Source of the DNA: an uncultured bacterium
Lineage (GTDB): Bacteria; CAYJRR01
Length of the DNA: 37,050 nucleotides
Reading direction: 5' to 3'
Assembly: GCA_964372275.1 (NCBI GenBank)
Contig: CAYJRR010000034.1
Location: 1 to 37,050 of the forward strand
Positions within the stretch are counted from its first letter, which is position 1, and every line of letters begins with the position of its first letter. Shown in pieces: positions 10,504 to 18,594 of the stretch. Position numbers and translations under genes: made by a program. The notes under the pieces are model-generated. The model made no database searches, had not been told where the DNA came from, and saw only the letters and a program-made list of their open reading frames with translations.

Positions 10504-11895
10504 ATGCTTTCGGCGGCACTGACGATCCTGCTTGCGTCCGGCCCCTCGCTGACCGGGGGCGAGTGCGGAGACTCCAAGGGTCCCCTGCAGGTCCTTCAGG
10601 AGGCGATCGCGCAGGCCGACGCGATCCGCCGGCGCGCCGACGCGTACCGGTCGGCGGCGGGGCTGGCGGTCCGGTACGCGGCCGAGGACCGGTCGTTCGT
10701 CGATCTCGTGCTGCGGGTCGCCACGGGCGATGGGAATCCGCCGCCCGCGTTGGCCGACGCCATCGGGCGCGTCGACCAGGGACGGCTCGATCCCGGCGCG
10801 TGGATCGCGCTGCTGCAGGAGATCCTGAAGAACCGGGACGGGGCGCAGAAGACCTTGAACCGGATCGGCGCGGAATGCCACGCGCGGAAGGACCTCCCCT
10901 GCCTGCGAAACGTCTATCGCGCGCTCGCGGTCGGCGGCTACGCCATGGAGCTGCCGCTGGCCGCGCGCAACCTGGAGAATCACCTCGGCGCCGGGCGTCC
11001 AATCGTCTTCACCCGCGAGGAGATCGAGCGGGACGACGCGGTGCGGGAAGGGCTCGCCGGCTTCGACCGCATCGCCGACCAGAAGATCCAACGTCTGCTG
11101 CGGCGACACCCGCGGCAGCCGATCGAGTTCGAGATCCGCCAGGAGGAGGCCGGCGTGATCGCGGGGAGTCCCGATCTCCAGTTCGCGTCGGGTCTCTTCA
11201 CGATTCGCCGGATCGAGCGGGTGAAGATCGTCCCCGATCCCGGCGGCGGATCCGGGGTGCGGCGGACCGAGGCGTACCACGTGATGCGCGAGGTCCGGTA
11301 CGAATTCCAGGACCGCTACGACTGGAATCCCGGGGGGGCGATCGGCGAGGGTTGGGGCTCGGCGAACCTGACCTTCAAGGACGACTGGGGGCAGGCGCTG
11401 GTCGACGGCGGACTGGCGAAGGAGTTCGACATGAGCGCGCGCTGGGTTTCGCGCGCCTACCGCGTGATGGAGCCGCCGACCGCGTACGTCGAACCGGACG
11501 GCGCGACGTTGCGCGGTCCGGACGGCACCGTCTACCGGGTGAAGGACGGCGTTCGCCGCGCCATTCCGGACGCTGCGACCCTGGCGTATGTCGGCAACGG
11601 CCCGAACCGGTTCGTCGAGACGGTCGACCCGGAGGACCTGGCGGCGATCGCCGAAGGCAAGCCGCTCCCGTCGCGCTTCGACGGCTCCTTCTACCGGTCG
11701 GGCAGCGATCCCGCGATCTACGTGTTGCTGAAGGACGGGCGCGCCTACACCGTCGCCTCCAAGGAGGTGCTCGACCTCTTGGGGCTCGTGCCGGGGGATG
11801 CCGTCCCGATCGACGCCTCCGACCTGAAGGAGATCCCCTTCGACGGGACCGCTGACGTCGATCGGTTCGCGACGCTGAAGAACAAGATCCCCTAG
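10504..11895 (+). CDS. Hypothetical secreted protein with two C-terminal ~55-aa repeats
   Basis: Coding-like composition and a short signal peptide. Repeats DGATLRGPDGTVYRVKDG.. and DGSFYRSGSDPAIYVLLKDG... TATACT at 10480-10485 upstream. Confidence 0.75.
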   Translation: MLSAALTILLASGPSLTGGECGDSKGPLQVLQEAIAQADAIRRRADAYRSAAGLAVRYAAEDRSFVDLVLRVATGDGNPPPALADAIGRVDQGRLDPGAWIALLQEILKNRDGAQKTLNRIGAECHARKDLPCLRNVYRALAVGGYAMELPLAARNLENHLGAGRPIVFTREEIERDDAVREGLAGFDRIADQKIQRLLRRHPRQPIEFEIRQEEAGVIAGSPDLQFASGLFTIRRIERVKIVPDPGGGSGVRRTEAYHVMREVRYEFQDRYDWNPGGAIGEGWGSANLTFKDDWGQALVDGGLAKEFDMSARWVSRAYRVMEPPTAYVEPDGATLRGPDGTVYRVKDGVRRAIPDAATLAYVGNGPNRFVETVDPEDLAAIAEGKPLPSRFDGSFYRSGSDPAIYVLLKDGRAYTVASKEVLDLLGLVPGDAVPIDASDLKEIPFDGTADVDRFATLKNKIP

Positions 11896-12737
11896 TCGAT
11901 GGCGCGGCGGATGGCGCGAACGAAGCGCTCGACGTGGCGCGGGGCGCGGCGGCCGTGCTCGGCGACCCGGCGCACGACGGCGCTGCCGACGACGACGCCG
12001 TCGGCGATCGCCGCCATCGTCGCGGCGTCGTCCGGGGTGGAGATGCCGAAGCCGACGACGATCGGAAGCCGGGTGAATCGACGGGCGCGGCGCACGAGCG
12101 TCCGGAGGGCCGCCGGATCGCCCCCCTGGCGGCCGGTCACGCCGGTGACCGCCACGCAGTAGAGGAAGCCACCGCCGCTCGCGGAGGCGCGCCGCAGACG
12201 GTGGTCGGTCGAGGTCGGGGCCAAGAGGCGGATCGAATGCAGGCCTCGGCGGCGGAGTGAGGGCCCGAGTCGGTCATCCTCCTCCGGTGGAAGGTCGACG
12301 CAGAGGAGGCCGTCGACTCCGGAGGCGGCGAGACGTGCGGCGAAGGCGTCCGCCGTCGCCTCGCGGCGCGCGGATCGTCCGGTGCCGGCGGCGTGGTCCC
12401 CCGCCGCCTGGAAAAAGGGATTGGCGTATCCGAACAGCAGGCAACCGACAGCAGGGTCGTCGCGTCGGAGCGCGCGCGCGTCGGCGATGGCGCTGGCGAG
12501 GCCGCCGCCGTGGCGGAGGGCGCGTTCGGAGGCGGCCTGGATCGCTTCGCCGTCGGCGCTCGGATCGGAGAACGGCACGCCGATCTCGACCAGGTCGGCC
12601 CCCCCCGCCACGGCGGCGCGGAAGACGTCGGACGACCGGCCCGGGCGGGGGTCGCCGCTCGTCGCGTAGACGACCAGCGCCTTGCCACCGCGTCGGCGGA
12701 GCGCGGCGAAGCGGGCGTCGATCCGGTTCGCAGTCAC
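11892..12737 (-). CDS. trpA: Tryptophan synthase alpha chain
   Basis: GTG 12737 overlaps the trpB stop. Motifs [32 protein letters not shown] and DGVVVGSA. Confidence 0.97.
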   Translation of the reverse strand: MTANRIDARFAALRRRGGKALVVYATSGDPRPGRSSDVFRAAVAGGADLVEIGVPFSDPSADGEAIQAASERALRHGGGLASAIADARALRRDDPAVGCLLFGYANPFFQAAGDHAAGTGRSARREATADAFAARLAASGVDGLLCVDLPPEEDDRLGPSLRRRGLHSIRLLAPTSTDHRLRRASASGGGFLYCVAVTGVTGRQGGDPAALRTLVRRARRFTRLPIVVGFGISTPDDAATMAAIADGVVVGSAVVRRVAEHGRRAPRHVERFVRAIRRAID

Positions 12738-13903
12738 AGGTGCTCCATCATCGTCGCGAGGTCCTTGTCGCCACGCCCGGAGAGGTTGAGGACGACGATC
12801 GCGCCGCGGCGAAGGCGCTGCTCGCGCCGCAGGCGTGGCAGGTAGCCGACCGCGTGCGCGCTCTCCAGCGCCGGGAGGATCCCCTCCTCCTGGGCGAGAA
12901 GCCGGACCCCTTCGAGCGCCTCGTCGTCGGTCACCGCGGCGTAGCGCGCGCGGCCGGTTTCGCGCATCCAGGCGTGCTCCGGGCCGACCCCCGGATAGTC
13001 GAGACCGGCGGCGATCGAGTGAGCCTCGGCGACCTGGCCGGCGGCGTCCTGGAGGAGGAACGATCGCGCGCCGTGGAGGATCCCGGGGCGCCCTCGGGTG
13101 AGGGTCGCCGCGTGCCGGCCGCTTCCGAGCCCCTCCCCGGCCGCTTCGACGCCGACGAAACACACGCGCGCGTCGCGACGGAAGGCGTGGAACAGGCCGA
13201 GCGCGTTGCTGCCGCCGCCGACGCAGGCCAAGAGCGCGTCGGGGAGCCGTCCGCAGGCCGCCACGACCTGGCGCCGCGCCTCGACCCCGATCACCGACTG
13301 GAGATCGCGCACCAGCGTGGGATAGGGGTGCGGGCCGGCGGTCGAGCCGAGGACGTAATGGGTATCGCGGACGTTCGTCACCCAGTTGCTCAGCGCCTCG
13401 TTCATCGCGTCCTTCAGGGTCCGCGCGCCGGCCTCGACCGGCACCACCTCCGCGCCGAGCAGTCTCATGCGAAGCACGTTGGGCTGCTGCCGCCGCACGT
13501 CCTCGGCCCCCATGTAGACGCGGCACGGCAGGCCGAAACGGGCGGCGACCGTCGCCGTCGCCACGCCGTGCTGTCCCGCGCCGGTCTCGGCGATCAGGCG
13601 ACGCTTGCCCATGCGGATCGCGAGGAGCGCCTGGCCGACGGTGTTGTTGATCTTGTGCGCGCCGGTGTGACAGAGGTCCTCGCGTTTGAGGAGGATCGTG
13701 AGCCCGAAGCGCTCCGAGAGTCGCCCGGCGGGCCCGAGCGGCGTCGGGCGGCCGACGAAGTCGCGCAGGAGGTCCGACAGCTCGCGACGGACGGCGGGAT
13801 CGCGCCGCGCGGCGCGCCACGCCGACTCGAGCTCCTCGAGGGCGGGGATCAACGTCTCGGAGACGTAACGGCCTCCGAACGATCCGAAGCGGCCGCGGGT
13901 CAT
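12734..13903 (-). CDS. trpB: Tryptophan synthase beta chain
   Basis: Motifs [48 protein letters not shown] and NLSGRGDKD. Confidence 0.99.
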   Translation of the reverse strand: MTRGRFGSFGGRYVSETLIPALEELESAWRAARRDPAVRRELSDLLRDFVGRPTPLGPAGRLSERFGLTILLKREDLCHTGAHKINNTVGQALLAIRMGKRRLIAETGAGQHGVATATVAARFGLPCRVYMGAEDVRRQQPNVLRMRLLGAEVVPVEAGARTLKDAMNEALSNWVTNVRDTHYVLGSTAGPHPYPTLVRDLQSVIGVEARRQVVAACGRLPDALLACVGGGSNALGLFHAFRRDARVCFVGVEAAGEGLGSGRHAATLTRGRPGILHGARSFLLQDAAGQVAEAHSIAAGLDYPGVGPEHAWMRETGRARYAAVTDDEALEGVRLLAQEEGILPALESAHAVGYLPRLRREQRLRRGAIVVLNLSGRGDKDLATMMEHL

Positions 13904-14523
13904 CCCGAGTCCTCGAGCGTGCGATCGGCCTCGCGGACGGCCTGCACGAAGGCGCGGAGCCGGCCGCGGTCTTTGATCCCCGGCGCCGACTCGCAGCCGC
14001 TGGCGACGTCGACGGCGAACGGCCGGAGCGCGCGGATCGCCTCTCCGACGTTCTCCGGTGTGAGACCGCCCGCCAGAAACAGGCGGGGATGGCCGGCGAC
14101 GGCCTTCGCCAGCGACCAGTCGAACGGCTGGCCGCCGCCCCCGTGCCCGGTCTGGGGGCTGTCGAGCAGGCGAAACGCCTCCCCCGCGAATGCGGTGGCG
14201 GGGACGGCGGCCGTCACCGACCAGGCGCGGATCGTGGGTCGTCCGGCCGTCGCGAGGGACGCCTCCTCGGGCGCGCCGTGCACCTGGACCCAGTCGACGC
14301 GGGCGAGGTCGGCGCGCGCCAGCTCGTTCGGCTCGCCGTGGACGAAGACGCCGACGGAGAGGACGGCCGACGGCAGTCCCGAGATCAGGGTCGGGACGCG
14401 CTTGGGATCGACGTATCGGCGACTCTTGATCCAGAGGTTGAAGCCCAGGAAGTCGGCCCCGGCCGCGACGGCCGCGTCGACGTCCTCGCGGCGGGTCAGA
14501 CCGCAGATCTTGATCATCGTCAT
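13900..14523 (-). CDS. trpF: Phosphoribosylanthranilate isomerase
   Basis: Motifs [31 protein letters not shown] and [15 protein letters not shown]. Confidence 0.97.
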   Translation of the reverse strand: MTMIKICGLTRREDVDAAVAAGADFLGFNLWIKSRRYVDPKRVPTLISGLPSAVLSVGVFVHGEPNELARADLARVDWVQVHGAPEEASLATAGRPTIRAWSVTAAVPATAFAGEAFRLLDSPQTGHGGGGQPFDWSLAKAVAGHPRLFLAGGLTPENVGEAIRALRPFAVDVASGCESAPGIKDRGRLRAFVQAVREADRTLEDSG

Positions 14524-15299
14524 GCGAGCAACCTCCGCAACGCCGCCGCCGGGTCCTCGGCGCGGACCAGCGATTCGCCGACCAGGAAGGCGCGGTAGCC
14601 GGCGCGTTCGAGCCGGACGATCTCGTCGACACCCTGGATTCCGCTCTCGGCGACGCCGATCACCCCGCGTGGCATCGAGCCCGCCAGCCGCTCCACGACG
14701 GCGAGGTCGACGGCGAGCGTGCACAGGTCGCGCGCGTTGACGCCGACGATCGGCGCACCCGTCGCCAGCGCACGCTCCAGCTCGGGTTCGTCGTGCACCT
14801 CGACCAGCGTCTCGACGCCGGCCTCCGCCGCGGCCTCGGCCATCCGCCGGAGGTCGTCGCCCGGGAGCGCGGCGGCGATCAGCAGGACGGCGTCGGCCCC
14901 GGCGGCGCGGGCCTCGAACGGCTGTCGGGGATCGACGAGGAAGTCCTTGCGCAGGACCGGCAACGCGACGGCGCGCGCCGCGCCGCGCAGGTCGTCGAGC
15001 GATCCGCGGAAGTGGTTCGGCTCGGTGAGGACCGAGATCGCCGCCGCGCCGCCGGCCGCGTAGGCGCCGGCGAGAGCGTCGGCCCGTAGGTCGGCGCGGA
15101 TCGTCCCGCGTGACGGCGACGCGCGTTTGATCTCCGCGACGATCCGTCGGCCCGGCACGGAGAGCGCCGCGCGGAGGCTCGTTGCCGGCGCGGCGTCGCG
15201 GACGGCGGCGCGCAGCTCGGCCGGGTCGAGCCGGTCGGCGCGTGCGCGGGATTCCGCCACGGCCCGGCCGAGAAAGCCGGTCGATGGAAGGCGCCTCAC
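14520..15299 (-). CDS. trpC: Indole-3-glycerol phosphate synthase
   Basis: Motifs [37 protein letters not shown] and AESGI. Confidence 0.97.
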   Translation of the reverse strand: MRRLPSTGFLGRAVAESRARADRLDPAELRAAVRDAAPATSLRAALSVPGRRIVAEIKRASPSRGTIRADLRADALAGAYAAGGAAAISVLTEPNHFRGSLDDLRGAARAVALPVLRKDFLVDPRQPFEARAAGADAVLLIAAALPGDDLRRMAEAAAEAGVETLVEVHDEPELERALATGAPIVGVNARDLCTLAVDLAVVERLAGSMPRGVIGVAESGIQGVDEIVRLERAGYRAFLVGESLVRAEDPAAALRRLLA

Positions 15300-16375
15300 G
15301 CCCTCTCCCCGCCACGGCCGCTCGCCGCGAGGAGCCGATCGAGCCGCTCGCGCGCCCGACCCGTTTCGATCGCCTCTTGCGCCATCGCGAGCGTGGAGCG
15401 CCAGTCGCCTCGCCCCGCCGCCACCAGCGCCGCCGCCGCGTTGAGGGCAACGGCGTCCCGGCGGGGCGACCGTTCGCCGGCGAGGATGCGCCGCGTGATC
15501 TCGGCGTTCTCCTCGGGCGTTCCGCCGCGCAGATCATCGAGCGAGCAACGGGACAGACCGAGCTCGGCGGGGTCGAGGGTGTAGAGGCGTGGCTCGGCGG
15601 CGACCGGCGTCCTGCCGCCGGCGGCCGGCCCGTCGGATCGGTCGATCTGCGCCACGCGCGTGGTGGTCGTCAGCGTCACCTCGTCCAGCCCGTCGTCGCC
15701 GTGCACCACCAGCGCCCCGCGCGTCCCGAGTCGCGCCAGGGCCCGCGCGACGGTCGCCAGCAGACGGCCGTCGTAGATCCCCATCACCTGGAACGGGGCG
15801 CGCGCCGGGTTGGCCAGCGGACCCAGCAGGTTGAAGAAGGTCCGGACCGCGATGTCGCGCCGGGCGTTGGCCGCGTGCTTGAGCGCGCCGTGGTAGAGGG
15901 GGGCGTAGAGGAAGCCGATCCCCGCCGATTCGATCGACGCCTCGACCCGCTCGACCGGAAGTTCGAGGTCGAGCCCCAGCGCCAGGAGCACGTCGGCGCT
16001 CCCCGAGCGGCTCGAGATCCCTCGGTTGCCGTGTTTGGCGACCGGAAGTCCGCAGGCGGCGACGACGAAGGCCGCGGTGGTGGAGACGTTGAACGTCCCG
16101 GCGCCGTCGCCACCGGTTCCGCAGGTGTCGACGAAGTCGATCGCCGCGACACTCACCGGCCGCGCGCGCTCGCGCATCACCCCCGCCGCGGCGGCGATCT
16201 CGACCGGATCTTCGCCGCGCATGCGCAGTGCGATGGCGAAGGCGCCGATCTGCGCGTCGGTGGCGCGGCCCTCGACGATCTCGACGAAGGCGGCCGTCAT
16301 CTCCTCCGCCGACAGGACGCGCCCTTCGACGACGGCGCGAAGCGCCGACGGCAACGGGGAACTTCCGGGGGTCAA
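15296..16375 (-). CDS. trpD: Anthranilate phosphoribosyltransferase
   Basis: Probable TTG start overlapping the trpG stop. Motifs DTCGTGGDG, FNVST, AKHGNR, SGSADVL, RTFFNLLGPLANP and GLDE. Confidence 0.96.
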   Translation of the reverse strand: MTPGSSPLPSALRAVVEGRVLSAEEMTAAFVEIVEGRATDAQIGAFAIALRMRGEDPVEIAAAAGVMRERARPVSVAAIDFVDTCGTGGDGAGTFNVSTTAAFVVAACGLPVAKHGNRGISSRSGSADVLLALGLDLELPVERVEASIESAGIGFLYAPLYHGALKHAANARRDIAVRTFFNLLGPLANPARAPFQVMGIYDGRLLATVARALARLGTRGALVVHGDDGLDEVTLTTTTRVAQIDRSDGPAAGGRTPVAAEPRLYTLDPAELGLSRCSLDDLRGGTPEENAEITRRILAGERSPRRDAVALNAAAALVAAGRGDWRSTLAMAQEAIETGRARERLDRLLAASGRGGERA

Positions 16376-16983
16376 GGCCGCTCTCCGATCCGCTTCAGCC
16401 AGTTCGCGATCAGGCGACCCCCTTCGTCGGTGCGGATCGACTCCGGATGGAACTGCACCCCTTCGAGTGGCGCGGACGGCGGCGCCGCGGTATCGCGCAC
16501 CCCCATGATCTCGCCGTCGGCGGTCCAGGCGCAGACGGAAAGCCGCTCGGGGCACGACGCGCGCTCGATCACCAGCGAATGGTAGCGCGTGGCGTCGAAC
16601 GGGTTCGAGAGCCCGTCGAACAGCTCCCGTCCGTCGTGGAGGATCGGCGAGGTCTTGCCGTGCATGATCCGCTGCGCCCGCACGATCCGTCCTCCGAGCG
16701 CGGCGCCGATCGACTGGTGGCCGAGGCAGACGCCGAGGATCGGCAGCTTTCCACCGAAGGCGCGGATCGTCGGCACCGAGATCCCCGCTTCGTTCGGCGT
16801 GCACGGCCCGGGGGAGATCAGGATCGCGTCGGGCCGCCGGGCCGGGATCTCCTCGACGGCGATCTCGTCGTTCCGGACGACGTCGACGTCGGCGCCGCAG
16901 ACTTGGAGGAGCTGCACGAGGTTGTAGGTAAAGCTGTCGTAGTTGTCGACGACCAGCACCTTCGGTCCGGGAGGGGGTGTCAC
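16372..16983 (-). CDS. trpG: Anthranilate synthase component II (glutamine amidotransferase)
   Basis: Motifs VDNYDSFTYNL, ISPGP, GVCLGHQ, RYHSL and GVQFHPES. Confidence 0.96.
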   Translation of the reverse strand: MTPPPGPKVLVVDNYDSFTYNLVQLLQVCGADVDVVRNDEIAVEEIPARRPDAILISPGPCTPNEAGISVPTIRAFGGKLPILGVCLGHQSIGAALGGRIVRAQRIMHGKTSPILHDGRELFDGLSNPFDATRYHSLVIERASCPERLSVCAWTADGEIMGVRDTAAPPSAPLEGVQFHPESIRTDEGGRLIANWLKRIGERP

Positions 16984-18590
16984 CGGAGGCCCCGCGCGGC
17001 GAGGTCGAGGGCGGCGAGCACCCCTTCCGCCTTCGCCCGGGTCTCCGCCGCCTCGGCCGCGGGGTCGCTGTCGAATACGATCCCGGCGCCGGCCTGCACG
17101 CGGAAGCGCCACCCTCCGCCGGCCGCGGGCCCTCTGCTCCCTGGAGGGGTGCGCGCGCGCGCGCCGGGCGGCACGGTGAGCTCGACGGTTCGGATCGCGA
17201 TGCAGGTGTCGGCCCGTCCGTCGAGCCCGAACCACCCGACGAGGCCGCCGTAGACCCCGCGGCGGCGCGCTTCGAGCTCGGAGACGATCTGCATCGCGCG
17301 CACCTTCGGGGCGCCGGAGAGGGTCCCCGCGGGAAAGACCGAGGCGACGGCGTCGAACGGATCGCGATCGCCGCGAAGCTCCCCCGTCACATCGCTGACC
17401 AGATGCATCACGTGGGAGTATCGCTCGACCCGCATGAACGACGGGACGCGCACCGACCCGGCGCGGGCGACGCGTCCGAGGTCGTTGCGTCCGAGGTCGA
17501 CCAGCATCAGGTGCTCCGCCCGCTCCTTCTCGTCGGCGAGCAGCTCCGCCTCCCGGCGCGCGTCCTCCTCCGGCGTCGTCCCCCGTGGCCGCGTGCCGGC
17601 GATCGGCCGGGTGACCAGGCGCCCGCCGGCGTCGACGCGCACCAACGCCTCGGGGCTGCTACCCGCGAGGAGGGTACCGCCGGCGCGCAACAGGAACATG
17701 TAGGGCGATGGATTGACCAGCCGCAACGCCCGGTAGACGTCGAGTGGATCTCCGTCGAAGCGGCCGAGTCGTCGGCGGGAGAGGACGACCTGGATCACGT
17801 CGCCGGCGCGGACATACTCCTGGGCGCGCTCGACCATCCGCCCGAAGGCAGGATCGTCGACGTCGAACGGCGACAGCGAAAGTCGCCGCGGACCGGCGCC
17901 ACGCGTCCGCAACGGTCGCCGGAGCGCCGCCTCCATCCGCGACAGCCGCCGCGCGGCTCGATCCCAGACCTCGTCGGGGTCCGAATCCGCCGCATGGAAC
18001 GAGGTGTCGGCCACGAGCGCGATGCGGCTGCGAAGGCGGTCGAAAACCATCCAGGCGTCGGGCAGGAGGAAGCAGCCCTCGGTGGAGCCTCCGGCGGAAC
18101 GCTCCCCGCGGCGCCAGGGCGGCATCTCCACGCGGGCGTAGTGGCGGACGGCGTCGTAGGCGAGCCATCCGACGGCGCCGCCGCGAAACGGCGGCGGCGG
18201 CGCGACGGCGGCCAGGTCGCGCGCGAGCGGGTCCCCGGCGGTGGTGGCCGACCGGCTCCGCGGGCGCAGCGCCTCCCGCAGCGCCCCCAGCGGATCGCTC
18301 GCGCGAAGCGGCCGCACGCGCCCTTTCTCGACGATCGCCGCGCCGCCGTCGGTCGCCACCACGGCGGCGCCGATCGAGGCGCCGAGGATGGAGTGCCGAC
18401 CCCACACCTCGCCCCCCTCGACGCTTTCCAACAGGAAGGCATCGCCGCCTTCGCCCCCTGGAGCGGTGTCGATCTTCCGGAAGGCCGAGACCGGCGTTTC
18501 GCAGTCGGCGAGCGTTTCGCGCCACACCGGCGGCGCGCCCCCCGCCCGCCAGAGGCGGCGGAACTCCGCACGCGTCGGCGTCGCCTCCAC
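16980..18590 (-). CDS. trpE: Anthranilate synthase component I
   Basis: Motifs FLLESVEGG, NPSPYMF, GSSPE, RPIAGTRPRG, EHLMLVDLGRND and FPAGTLSGAPKVRAM. Confidence 0.97.
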   Translation of the reverse strand: MEATPTRAEFRRLWRAGGAPPVWRETLADCETPVSAFRKIDTAPGGEGGDAFLLESVEGGEVWGRHSILGASIGAAVVATDGGAAIVEKGRVRPLRASDPLGALREALRPRSRSATTAGDPLARDLAAVAPPPPFRGGAVGWLAYDAVRHYARVEMPPWRRGERSAGGSTEGCFLLPDAWMVFDRLRSRIALVADTSFHAADSDPDEVWDRAARRLSRMEAALRRPLRTRGAGPRRLSLSPFDVDDPAFGRMVERAQEYVRAGDVIQVVLSRRRLGRFDGDPLDVYRALRLVNPSPYMFLLRAGGTLLAGSSPEALVRVDAGGRLVTRPIAGTRPRGTTPEEDARREAELLADEKERAEHLMLVDLGRNDLGRVARAGSVRVPSFMRVERYSHVMHLVSDVTGELRGDRDPFDAVASVFPAGTLSGAPKVRAMQIVSELEARRRGVYGGLVGWFGLDGRADTCIAIRTVELTVPPGARARTPPGSRGPAAGGGWRFRVQAGAGIVFDSDPAAEAAETRAKAEGVLAALDLAARGLR

Positions 18591-18594
18591 GCTC

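Noticed and set aside
8754-11855. 1033-aa plus-strand ORF
   Set aside because: Out-of-frame overlap with the real SBP, permease and secreted-protein genes, with low-complexity Arg/Pro/Gly content.
12734-14632. Apparent long N-terminal extensions or fusions on TrpB, TrpA, TrpF, Cmk, AroA and Eno in the ORF track
   Set aside because: Artefacts of longest-ORF calling. True starts sit at 4-bp overlaps with upstream stops (or just after the upstream stop for eno) and give normal protein lengths.
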